Positions 42,490 through 54,582 of a stretch of DNA of 64,000 bases are shown in pieces. Where the stretch lies: assembly GCA_021613535.1 (NCBI GenBank), contig CP075495.1:8432001-8496000 (forward strand). The letters run 5' to 3'. The translations under genes were made by a program, and so were the position numbers. The notes beneath the pieces were generated by a model. That model was not told where the DNA came from and made no database searches. It was given only the letters and a program-made list of their open reading frames with translations. The first letter of the stretch is position 1. Each line of letters begins with the position of its first letter. The stretch comes from Adineta vaga. Taxonomy: Eukaryota; Animalia; Rotifera.

Positions 42490-44634
42490 ATGGATTTATC
42501 ACAACAACATGCACATACCCTTCAGATGCTTGGTTTAATAACCTGTGAAGATATTGAAGATTTTATTAAAGACATAAATGTATCGGACTATGAATCACGA
42601 AATATGACACGTGATGATTATATGGATCTCTTACGTTCACCACATTGTCAACCAAAAGCATATCCAATTCCACATGGTGTTAAAAAATGGACAACAATAA
42701 TTATCTTAATCTTATTTCTTATATTTGGTCTCATTGGAAATGCATTATCAGCAACAATCATGTTCCGTCGTTCTCGTCGAGGACTTTCAGCTTATTTTTA
42801 TCTTGCATTATTAGCTATTATTGATATTTGCGTTCTTTATAGTAGTTGTCTTTTATATCTTTTGGAAATAATATTTGATTATCGTCCACAAGAGTATTCC
42901 GTATTTCAATGCCGGTTGGGTTTTTATATTCAACATTTATTTACTTATATCTCGGCTTGGTTTATTGTTGCTGTAACATTTGAACGCTTCATTGTTGTTC
43001 GATATCCATTTCAAGCAATGCGTATCTGTCGAATGCATGTGGCATATACAATTGCAATAATTATAATTCTTTTCTTTTCAATCTACACTGCACATTGTTT
43101 TTTTACGATGAATTTAGTTCATGTTACTTTACAAACTGATCATGGTTTTCATCCTAATCATACAATTTGTGATGTTCAAATTTATCGACCTGTATTATCA
43201 TTTCTTGATCTATGTTTTTATAGTGTTATACCATCCATATGTATTCTTATATTTAATATTTTAATTATTATAACAATGCTTCATGCAATAAAAAAACGAC
43301 GAGATTATCTTCAAGCAAATAGTTATACACCAGTAACAGACACTTCTCATCGAAATAAAAACAAAAGTCAATCAATTGTGCGTACACAATTGTTTCGCAC
43401 AAGATCAGCAGGTACAGCTTTTCAAAAAGTGCTCTCTACATTTTAATATTCCGTCGCTATTTATAAACCGGATGTCTAAAGACAAATATGATTTTTCAAC
43501 GTAATAAACTAGAAAAAAGAAACACTGAGTATTTCTAAAATGTCAATTTTGACATCTAGTTAATTCACCTCAAAGGCATTTTCGAGTTAATATTAAAAAA
43601 AAATTCTCTCATGAATTTATTTCTGTATCCTTATAAAATTATTATATAGTTGAAAAGTCTGCCTATCTTTTCTTGACTTACATGAGTTTATCTAACACTT
43701 CTTTTCGATAATTATATGTATATATGTGTAGTTATTTCTTGACAAAAAAAGAAACAAGGTCTCTGAGATGTTCAGAACATTAGTTTTTGAATACGATTAC
43801 TTGATAATAAATTAGAAGCACGACAAAGATTAATTCTCTTGACTTTTTCTAATTATGTAGAGTTCAAAAATATTTTCTATTTATTAATCAAGAAAAAAAT
43901 AATTGTAGCGTTGACTTTTCTTTCATTCTTTATTAAATCCTATAATTATTCTTTTAACAAGTACAAAATGTTAAGTAATACTAATTTCTATTTTAGAATC
44001 AAGTCCCGCAATGCGTTCATATAGTCAAATGAATAAACAACGTATTGAATTGAATCTTGGAAATAATAAATTTATTGAACAAGTGAATAAACAAAAACCG
44101 TCATCCGATCCAACAAGTGCTGCAGGAATACGTTTAACATGTTTATTATTAATTATTTCATTCATATTTGTTATTTGCACATTACCAATTTCAATACGGT
44201 CATTAATAGCGGAATATTTACCTTCACAAAAATCGACAGCACGCTGGCAAATAATACAGCTATGTTTAACATTATTGATGTTTTTAAATCATACGGTAGA
44301 TAAAAAAAAAAGAACGAAGAAGGAATAATTAATTTAATCTATAATTTATTTGAAATTCTAGATTAATTTTGTACTCTATTGTTTAACTGGTCGTACATTT
44401 CGCAGTGAATGTCGTAAACTTATTTGTAGTTTCTCATTTCTTAAAGATGTACATATATCATGTACAGCAGATCATGATTCCGATAAACTACAACCTTGTC
44501 ATCATCACCCTCAACAACAACAACAACAGCAACAACTTATTCCTATTGAACGAAATCGATTGACACCTCCTGTCCATCATCATCATCATCAAAAGCAACG
44601 AGCTAATCCAAGAATAAAAGGAATTTATGTATGA
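42490..44634 (+). CDS. Class A GPCR, peptide-receptor type (orphan), 3 coding exons
   Basis: GLIGN (TM1), LAIID (TM2), C in ECL1/TM3, ERFIVVRYP, TM6 CTLP and TM7 LNHT-INFVLYCLTGRTFR. The tail is His/Gln-rich. Confidence 0.9.
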
Positions 44635-44719
44635 AATATGTTTTTTCTCCATTGACAAATTTCTTTCTTTTTATTACATATGAAAAAGATGAAAAGTATG
44701 AATGGAACTTAAATATTAT

Positions 44720-44998
44720 TCAAACACTAATTGTCCATCCGACACGTTTTCCTCGTTGTTCTTCTTGTGATTTAGACGATGGAAATTGTGATGAACAATA
44801 CTTTTTTCTCATGTATAATGAATATTGTTTTTGTTGTTGGCATAAATATGAAATAAAATATGATGCGTGTTTAAAATTTGGTAATTGATTCTTACCATCG
44901 TATATTTTCAGTCGATCGGTTGTTGAAGTTAACTGAGCACAACAATAAACAATGACAATAAGTAAACTTAAATATATCATTACATGACGATTGGCCAT
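44720..44998 (-). CDS. Small secreted protein, candidate neuropeptide/peptide-hormone precursor (92 aa)
   Basis: Intronless ATG ORF with a signal peptide, a Cys pair, basic site RKK and a GKR processing site followed by the terminal peptide VGWTISV. Confidence 0.7.
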   Translation of the reverse strand: MANRHVMIYLSLLIVIVYCCAQLTSTTDRLKIYDGKNQLPNFKHASYFISYLCQQQKQYSLYMRKKYCSSQFPSSKSQEEQRGKRVGWTISV

Positions 44999-45914
44999 TA
45001 TTTTTAATAGAGAAGACGTAATCTAATGAACGTGCGTATGTATATGCGCTACTTGAAGAAAAGAATTACAATATAATTATCATGTTTAATTTTGTATGTA
45101 TTTTATTGTTTATCTCGAACAAACTTTTATTTAATTATAAACAAATGCGATATTATTTCTACCATGACATGAATATATTCCGAAGAACTTTATATTTTCT
45201 ACTGATGAATTATTTAGACGAAAAAAAAATAATGGTTTCCGTACTGTGTAGCGATAAAAACTACGATAGCCAATCTTTTCATTTGTTTCTTTTTTCTATA
45301 ATTTGTAGACAACTGCATGTGAACAAAATACATCCTTAATTATCTAACTACGGTTTTACATAAGCAAGCGCATTTTATTCAATGACAGTAATTATGAGAT
45401 AAATGTCGATCTGACACTCCGTTGCGTAATATATTAGGCGCTTACTGTAATGTGAATAGGAATGTATTTTGTAAAGTCGATCATATCTATTTCGCTAATA
45501 TACTTTTATCTTCTCGCAAATATAACTAAGAATATATGAAGAGTTTCATTAACTCTCTACACTTTTAAATCTAGTTTTCTCTATTGAATCAGTATGACAA
45601 ATCTTTGTCTATCATGAAAATTCTATTTTATTTTCAATTTGTTCGTAAATATATATACATACCCGAAAAATAATGTCGATGACGAATGTAGATGAGACAA
45701 AACTAATCATTCATTTATATATATAGGCGAGAGGTTAGTAGTTTTCATTGTCAAATTATCATTTTCTTCCACACATAGAAATGGATAAGTAATCTGATGC
45801 GCTCGATGTCATTCACATAAAATCTTCTTGGTATCCATCTAATTGCTTGCAATCTGCTCGAAAACAAACTTAACCACTAGTTTGCTCGGCATTCACCTGC
45901 TCAAAACAAATTTA

Positions 45915-46080
45915 AGAAGATTTTCTTCCTAAATTTATCTATCAATGTCATACACAACTTTGCAATATCTGACAAGCATCGAAAATAACACGACATCTTT
46001 TATAAACCTATGGTACTATATACAAGTATTAAAATAAATTTCAAGGTTACAGTATGATATCTATGAATATATGATCTTAT
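45915..46080 (-). pseudogene. Decayed duplicate of the 3' part of the neighbouring orphan gene
   Basis: 45963-45998 matches 47406-47441 at 35 of 36 nt. Further patchy matches: gattttcttcctaaatttat vs gattttcttgctacatttat, and tctatgaatatatgatctt vs tctatgaacatatgatctt. Confidence 0.6.
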
Positions 46081-46527
46081 ATTTTTATCTCTATTTTTTA
46101 TTCTTTATTTGTCTTCGTTCTGAGGAGCTATTTAGAGATTAAATCACTTGAAATAAAATGAAGTTTATATTCATAACAGTTTTCATAATTTCAAAAAATA
46201 GACTGAAATGTATATAATACTAGTTAGATAGAAACCAACGAGTACATATAGATTTGTTTCTTTCATCTTTATCCACTAGAATCTTTACGATGTTTACGTG
46301 GACTATGAATTTTTACTCAATTTGCATATTGAATAAAACACTGTATTCGAAGTTATTTAAAAACGATGCTGAAAATTGTTTCGATATTACTTCAATCATG
46401 GATCTTTGAGTGTACAGTATTAGTTATTCATATATAATGGTTTGCAAAAAGAGTTGAAACACTTTCAGAATGCAAATATTTTATCTTTTTCAGAGCCTTT
46501 TGAAGCTTTATTTTGAGAATACCTAAG

Positions 46528-46793
46528 CCGTGATTATAGACTAATTGCGCAGAATACAAAAACATAAGAAACGCCGCATTGTACGTCTCATTCTTACTTT
46601 TATAAAGCAGAAACTAAGAAGAATATATCAAATGAGCGTTTTAAAGTATTGTTTTTGAGTTTTAAAATAAATACACAAGTAAACTTCGAAAATGTTAGTT
46701 TTCCATCATTAATAATCTATTAAAGTAACAATCAAACGCAAAATACAGCGTTTCTTACGTTTTATAATAGGCGCAATTAGTTTACAATCACAG
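46528..46793. mobile_element. MITE-like non-autonomous element, about 266 bp, with long imperfect terminal inverted repeats
   Basis: Left end ccgtgattatagactaattgcgc..aaaacataagaaacgccgcatt matches the reverse complement of the right end (ctgtgattgtaaactaattgcgc..aaaacgtaagaaacgctgtatt). No ORF; TSD not resolved. Confidence 0.65.
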
Positions 46794-47377
46794 GTCTCGA
46801 TGAAGTGTCGTCCAAACATCTTCCCTCAATTTTTTTCTGCTTAGATATTGTGGATTGGTACTAATCAAGTTATCTACTAAAGAAATCATGTATTCGATTA
46901 AGTACTATTTAATCAGTGTATAACAATAATCGAATATAGAAAAGACAGATAATCTAAAATCACATCATATTTTCAGTCAGATATGGTAAGAAGACGACTT
47001 CGTACTTATTAAATAGAGTAACATTTATTTCAAACGAGTTGAAATAGATGTTAAAACAAGGTAGAGATATATTTTTATATTCCCTTAATTGTTGACAGAT
47101 TAGACCTTTAGATCTTGATTATATGTTAAAGTACTACCTACGTCGAAGATTAGTGAACTGTATCGCCGATATTTTGACTCCACCTCCAGTGACGTACGGA
47201 TAGAGGTTTGAGTTCTCGTAAAATTTATTTTCATCAAATAACGAAAAGACATGTCGCGTATAAATTCATGTTATAAATAACAGTAAAATCCTTTAAATCT
47301 TCTTAAGGATAAATTTAATCACGACATTTATTCGCTCAATGAATATTTGTGGAGATTTTCTTGCTACATTTATTCAT

Positions 47378-48075
47378 CTATTGATCAACTACACATACAA
47401 ATTTACAATATCTGACAAGCATCGAAAAGAACACGACATCTATTAAACAACCATCATAATACGTCGAGTGAAAGAGAACAAAAAATACATCCACAGATAA
47501 AGTAATAAAGTACGTTGATTCTCATTTTTATTTGTTACCTTTGTCAAGTGGTAACATTTGTAATTCACCAATAAGATATGTCTTTGTTCGTGATGAATCC
47601 GAAGTTGACTAAAAGAACAAATGAAATAGTAGAATTGATGTCTATGAACATATGATCTTTCACAATGACCTACCGTATTCATTAAATCTGTTGTTCTATT
47701 GAGTAATTCTTGACACTGTGCAATCGCAGCAGTATTTGTTTGTTGTTGATTAAGCCGTGTTATCGCTTGTTCAAGTGAACGAGCTAGTTTTGTTTGAGAT
47801 TCATGTGTCTGTAAATATTTATCGAATTCTCGATGAATAAGACCTAATTTTTGTTGAATTTGATTTTCATAATGTTTGCATTCTTTTTGAAAATCAGCTT
47901 CAAATATTTCGAGGTTTTGATCCTTTAAAAGGGAAGAAAAGTTTTTTTATATTTCATATGATTTGAAAAGCCTTACAATAATAGGTTGAATTGTTATGGG
48001 ATTGAGTTTCGCATTTGTTGAATTTTCATCTGTATTTTCTTTATTATTAATTTGTCGTCGTTTTTTGGGAGCCAT
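47378..48075 (-). CDS. Orphan coiled-coil protein with an N-terminal basic patch and KEN box; 3' exon structure uncertain
   Basis: MAPKKRRQINNKEN..., then spliced DQNLEIFEADFQKECKHYENQIQQKL..., with canonical splice sites and a 5' UTR intron (donor at about 48165). Confidence 0.6.
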
Positions 48076-48531
48076 CTAGAAATTAGAAGTACATGAAATA
48101 AAATGAATAGTTCTCATTGATGTAAAAATCAGTTTTGTGGTCTTGAAAGGTAGAAGGCAACTTACAGGATATCAATCAAACATTATCTTTTCTATAATGT
48201 ATATATCAAATCTTTTTTTCTACAATTTACTGAAAGATTTTCTAGTATGCTGAATAAGAATATCTATCATACATTTTTGAATGGTAATTTCGTTGTAGAA
48301 ATCAATTTGATCTGATGAAATGAAACGATTAATTATCAGATATAACGAAGAATGAATTTTCTATTTATCTGTTGTTGAAAAACAAAAATAAATAAAAACA
48401 CAAGACATTTCTTTTTTATCGCGTTCTCACTCTTTCACTCTCATCTTCACGATATTAAAAACAACAATAAAATCCATAACAACATTAAAATCAATCTTTA
48501 ATATATATTCTTTTTTTTTCGTTTCTTTTAA

Positions 48532-49023
48532 TTATTTCTTTTTTGCTGGTGTGGTTGGCGTTTTCTTCTGTTGATTAACAACAGTCGCTGATGTTGGTGT
48601 TGGTGATGATGGAATATTACTATTTGGATTAGTAGTAGATGATTGACCTGTTGCTTTACTTTCTTTAGCTTTCTTTTTCAAAGTATCCATATTTGCTTTC
48701 AATAAATTCGAGTATGCCAATTGAAAACGATTAATATCCTTCGATGAAACAACTGTAGACAATTTTTTTGACCCAAATACAGCTCGTACAAGACATTTAT
48801 ATTCAGTAACTTCATGAGTAGTTGGGGAATGTGGTGAAGTCGTTGCTGTTGGTGTTGAAGCTTTCTTCTGTTCTAATCGTTGTTTCTTAGTCAATTGTGG
48901 TTTGGGTTTTGTTTGTCCATTATATCGTTTCATAGTTAAAGATAATGATCCTGAATTTTTCACACGTTGTTGTTGAAATAATTTTGTCAATTCCAAAAGG
49001 AAATGATCATTTTCTAATAGCAT
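48532..49023 (-). CDS. SRP14: Signal recognition particle 14 kDa protein
   Basis: MLLENDHFLLELTKLF..GSLSLTMKRY..KCLVRA..KKLSTVVSSKDINRFQLAYSNLLKANMDTLKK. Confidence 0.92.
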   Translation of the reverse strand: MLLENDHFLLELTKLFQQQRVKNSGSLSLTMKRYNGQTKPKPQLTKKQRLEQKKASTPTATTSPHSPTTHEVTEYKCLVRAVFGSKKLSTVVSSKDINRFQLAYSNLLKANMDTLKKKAKESKATGQSSTTNPNSNIPSSPTPTSATVVNQQKKTPTTPAKKK

Positions 49024-49364
49024 AATTAGATTTCGAGTTGCTTTTTGATTAGAAGAAAAAAATTTATCTTAAAAAAAAGAAGAAGAAGAAACATAGACAA
49101 ATAATCTAACTGAGCGAGATAGTTGTATCTTATTTTCGTTTGTTTCACATTCACCAAGGTATATCATGCATGAGTAATACAGAAAGAAAAATAAGCAAGA
49201 GCAATAGCATGTAAAAAAAAGATAAATATGAAGAGAATTTGTATAGCACAGAATCAAACGCTTTAGTCAAAAAATTAGCAAAAAAAAGAGAGAGTAGAAA
49301 AACTTGTCAGATGTGAGTTAATTCGAGATTGTAAAAGAAGTAGCAAAAGAATTCGAAAAATATT

Positions 49365-50068
49365 CTATTGCCAATCTTTTGCCACAACGAGATTCCATTC
49401 CCATTCAGCATAAATATGTTTATCATCATCGGTTAATTTTGATTTAACTAGAAATGAGCCACGTGAAAGAACACCACTAGGTGCTTGTTCAATATCACTA
49501 ATAAAAGTTTGAATTTCAGAACTTGGTGCACGCGAACCTAATATAATAAGAACAGATTATTTTATCTACATGTTTAGTTAATAGTTTTACCGATCATATA
49601 TTTTGATTTATCCACTGTAATAGTTCGTGCTTTTAATATTTTATTTTGTAATTTCAATCCAGTTACAATATCTCGTTGAACATAATATTCTAATTGTGTT
49701 CGATAATGTTCACCTTCTTTAATCGTAATTGTACGTTTTGAATGTAAATCACGTACTTGTTCTAAAGAACCTTTCAATTCGAATACAACATCAGGTTTAT
49801 GAGTGTCAAATAGCAACGTTATACGTATTGGTAAAACAGTACGTGTATCATTTGGATCAATTAATTGATTTTGTATTTGTTTACCATCACTTGAATTGCC
49901 TAATAAAAGTTTTTTATATCGTGCTAATGATTCATCATTCTCATCTTTAGCTACAATTGAACCAATATCCATTTTTTGTGGTGCCTTATAACCATGTCCA
50001 CCCATATTTTCATCATCAGAATCTTGTTCTTCATGATGTTTTTGTTTTTCTTGATCACCAGATGCCAT
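49365..50068 (-). CDS. ARHGDIA: Rho GDP-dissociation inhibitor, 2 coding exons
   Basis: YKAP..KDENDESLARYKKLLLG, IKEG..Y..VQRDIVTGLK, EQAPSGVLSRGSF..TDDDK..WEW..AKDW. Confidence 0.92.
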
Positions 50069-50474
50069 TTTGAAAATGGAAAAAGAAATAATTCTAGAAG
50101 AAAAAGAAATCAAATACAGTTTTGATATTATACAAAATTTGTTTTTCTCCGTTTATTTTCTTTTAAAGCAATGCATGACAACTCAATGAAGTGTATAAAA
50201 AAAAACCTATTTCACTGTTCTTCTAGGCGTTTTATTATCATGAGTAACTTACAAGTTTCGATCGTTTTTGGAGGAAAGAAAACATAAGAGCACAACGTCT
50301 AGGACAAGCAAAATAAAATCCAATGATAATCACTCCAGTTCACCGGAGAAAAGAGAAGGCAAGAAGAAAACGTGTTTTTTTATACAGACTTAATAATGAT
50401 ATATGATACTGAAAATTTACATGAATAGAAAAGAATGAAATCAATAAATATGTTATTGTTGATTGTTTTTTGCT

Positions 50475-53400
50475 CTATTTTTTTTGCATATTAGTACGGA
50501 GTTGTTTGATAACACCATCTAATTTATTGAGACCTTCTTCGGCATGTTGAATAGTTTTTTTCGTTGTACCACGAATTTTGTTCATAAAGGTTTTATTAGG
50601 ATTATCACCATTATCTTCATCTTCTCCACTCGATTGTTGATGTTGTTGTGCTGATGGTTGAGGATGATAGTGTTGATGATTATTGTTATTAGTAGTCGTA
50701 GTAGCAGCAGCAGCAGCACTTATGGGATCATTTGGAGTACTTCGTTCAAGTCGAACGGGAGCAGAGACTGGTGGTGAAAAATGTTCGTTGACTGCTTGAA
50801 ATGGTGGTGGTGTACCAGTTAATTCACGAATATTTTTATAAACAACTGTGCGAAGATTATCAATCATCTCAACATAATTCATAATATCTTCACATTGTTT
50901 TTCATACGATTGTTGAATACGTTCAAAATCATAGATCATGTTTGATCGTTGTTTGATCCATTCATTATAATCATGAAAGATTTGAACAAGATTTGGATAG
51001 CATTCATCGGTAGCGAAACGAACATATTTTTCGTGCAATTGTTCGAGATTTTTTCGACGACGGAAATGTGAATCACTTTGTAAACGATTGTATGTACTTA
51101 ATAAACGATCCTACAATAAAACGAATATATCGTATTAAATGTTGACCTTCAGGAATGAATCAGTTAGGAAATTGTTTAGCTCTTCATATTTTCTCAACTG
51201 CTTTTTGTTTATACGATTGTTAACATGAAATTAATAATTACCTTACGAAAACTTTCATGAAGATCATTCAAATCTTTGAGATGTTTATCAATTCGATGAA
51301 TCCATGATGAATATGTTTTCGTACGATGTGATAACCAAAGTGTATTCACATATGGTTGTTTATCTTCGATCATGCCTAACTGTCCACCAAATTCTTTTTC
51401 AATCATGTGTAAAATATCTTGTTCGCATTTTTTCAATTGTTCATATGGTTGAAGATATGAACGAAGATAAATTCGAATACTTTGTTGAATAAGTTGCATA
51501 GGAGATGTTGATGAATGACGACGACCTGATACTAATAAAAAGGAAATGATTGATTTTTATCAAAGAAATAATTCATTTAAATGCATTACCTGGTGATAAA
51601 CTACTATCAGTTGATGGAGCATTGTTCAAAAGATGTGAAAAACCAATAGCTGGTGCTTCTCCAGTATTTGCTGATTGTGGTCTTCCTGCTGATACATTTG
51701 TACCATTAAAATTTAATGATAAACCGCTTGTTGGTGTGACTTGTCCACTTGTACTATTATCAATTTGATCAAGAATATTTTTTAATTCTTCTATAGCACG
51801 AAAGACAATTAATTTTGAACGAATTGAGCAAAGAAATTCTAATAATTTCGATTTTAAATGTTGTTGCATAATTGTTGTTGAACATTGAGCTGTTTGTAAA
51901 ATATGTTGATATTCAATTAATTGAGTTTTAACATAGAAAAATAATCCAACAATATCTTTACTCCATTCACATGCAGCAGCAACATCATTATATTGTCGAA
52001 TAGGTTTAACATCAGGTATGTGAACTTTAGGTGAATATGAATCACCATTTTTAATTGGTGAAAATGTATAAAATACTAATGGAGTTTCATGTGATGTTGG
52101 AATTGGTAGTTGATCACAAAATGTTTTTATTGACATTGGTTTACTCTTTGATATTGGATATGGTACACTAGGATAAACAAGATATTCGATATTCAATAGT
52201 TATGTCAATGTCAATATTATAATTGTAACGCTTCTCCTATAGGTTTTAATAGTAAGGTCGATTTAAATGACCTTGGCATTCCTTAAATATATCGTACAGG
52301 ACTTTACATTAATGCGATCTATTAAATAATTCTTAGCAATCTACAGTGCGACTATATGTTAAAACTCGAAAGATGGCCTTTCTTTTCTTATCTTCTTTTG
52401 TAAAATGTCATACTTTTGAAAAAGACAATAGTATTCTTCGTTGTTTTCATCACCATTTTGCTGTTGTAATTCATCATATAATTTCGTGATTGATTGTGTT
52501 GGCTCAAAATAGCCACATGTTAGTTTAAAAAGTTTTAAATTCAAATAATAAATTGGTATTAAATTAAGAATACGATCTGTTTCAATAAAAAATTCTCTAA
52601 ATGTCATCAGTTTACTTCGTTCAGATTCAAGTAAACGTTGTAATAAAAGTTCTAAACGATGTTTTAAACTTGCTGATAAACGACAAGATGCTGGTAATGT
52701 TTTCGACCATTGAATTTCTCCGCCGGGTGTATTTTCCACACCTAGTAAAACAACAACAAAAATAGATAGTAACAACTTCCCTCAAAACTCAATAGTCTCT
52801 TACCAGATATACAACCCGTTGGTTTAGAATCTAGAATACGTTTCATCACTGTTCGATCTTTACGTGTACCAGCAAATGGTTGAAATGGAAGTTCACCTAA
52901 AATGATATTTTAATAAAGACAAAGAAGTGTACAATAGAAAAATGATCAGAAAAACAAACCAGTGGCACATTGATAAAGTGTAACACCAAGTGACCATAGA
53001 TCAACTTCAAATGGAAAGTCAACACGTGTTTGTAAAGCTGTTCGCAAAACATTTGTTTTACTATCACGGACGGCAGCGCTAAAAATCATTCCAATCAAAA
53101 TTACAGATAGAATAGTTTAAAATAGATTTTACTAACCGATATAAATCAGGATGAATATATTCTTCTGTACCAACAAGTGACGTAAAAGCGTTTTCTCCTT
53201 CATTAATAAGACGGGCTACACCTAAATCTGCTAGTTTATATGTACGTTCACCATTAATATTTATTGAAAGCATAATATTATCTGGTTTGATATCGCGATG
53301 AATCTAAATTAAAAATTTTTGTTCGATTAACACTATTAAGTATTGTAAATATAGTTTATCGTGAATCGGAAAAAACAATTCTTGACTTTTCCCGACATTT

Positions 53401-53921
53401 ATTTACTAGTAAAACTATCCCTAGAAAATCTTATTCGATCGAAAACGATTTATTTTTCTTACAGTGTTTTTATCGTGTAAATATTTTAATGCATTTGTTA
53501 AATGTTTAAAAACCAACATAAAATCATCTTCCATTAAACCGTAACGATTTTCAGGTAGTTCAAGAACATTATGTAAACTTCCACCATTGCAATATTCAAT
53601 TAATAGAGCTTCACGATTACCAAGTGAATGTGATGAATCTGATGAAATAACAGGTTCTAGGGCAATATAGCGAACAATATTTTCATGGTCAGCAGCTTTT
53701 AATATATCCATTTCACGATCCAATATTGGACGGAAATCTTTTTCACGAGGATAATTTTGATGAGCGCCGTGTGGTGCTCGTTGATTTGATGAAACTTGAT
53801 AAACTTTAGCAGCAACTAGTTCACCTGTAGATTTATTATATGCTTTGTATACTTGAGAGGTAGCACCATGTCCAAGTATATCCTGTGTTGCCCAAAGATA
53901 ATTATGGGTTTCTTCACACAT
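50475..53921 (-). CDS. TBK1: TBK1/IKK-epsilon family kinase (kinase, ubiquitin-like and coiled-coil regions)
   Basis: NYLWATQDILGHGATSQVY, LELPENRYGL, HRDIKPDN, FTSLVGTEEYIHPDLY, VDLWSLGVTLYQCATG.LPFQPF and IQWSKTLPASCRLS. Confidence 0.88.
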
Positions 53922-54582
53922 GATCGTGCTCGAATCAATTCTAACTGCACGAATATCTGAAAGGCATAAAAAAAAGATTTCAAGATAAATGATTTTTACA
54001 GGTATTTTCTATGTTAAACATTCCGTTAGCCTTTAAACAAATATAAATCGACATGAAAATATGTCATGTTTAGTCATTATTTGTTTTTTACGTTAAATAG
54101 CAAGTGAATTTATAGTGACGAGTCATCATCGGGTTATAAAAAAAACGAAAATTACTGTCGAAAATTCTACAATGACGAAGAATCACAGTTATCGACCCTG
54201 TAGATATATAAAAAGGTGTGGGAGGAGGAGAATGGGGTGAAGGGTGACTAACTAGACTGCATGATGTTTCTTCCTTTCTTTCTTCTATCAGGGAAAAAAA
54301 GAAACAATAACAGGTGTATAGAGGCGAATAATAGTACTTCAATTGGTTCATTCAAAATCGATAGATGTCATTAATTTTCTTTGAATAGATTAATCTTTAC
54401 AATAATTCAATTTATTGTTTAAATGATGAATGTTTTTTTTGAAAAAAAAATATTAACGTTCAATTGTTCATAGAATTCTTCTGAAATTTTTATTTGATAG
54501 ACAAGAAACCAATGAACAATCATTGAATTGATGAAAACTTCTTGTATTATAATTATAATCAATCACATCACATCACATCACG

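Noticed and set aside
44720-44745. VGW as an APGWamide/RGWamide-family peptide
   Set aside because: GW is not followed by an amidating Gly and is not repeated; the peptide continues as TISV.
45853-45915. Short direct repeat ctgctc(g)aaaacaaa(c/t)ttaa, with a similar string near 3380
   Set aside because: Only two short, AT-rich, degenerate units; not an array and too weak to call an element.
47180-47220. T-loop-like gaggtttgagttctc suggesting a tRNA
   Set aside because: No cloverleaf, acceptor stem or canonical GTTCGA could be built.
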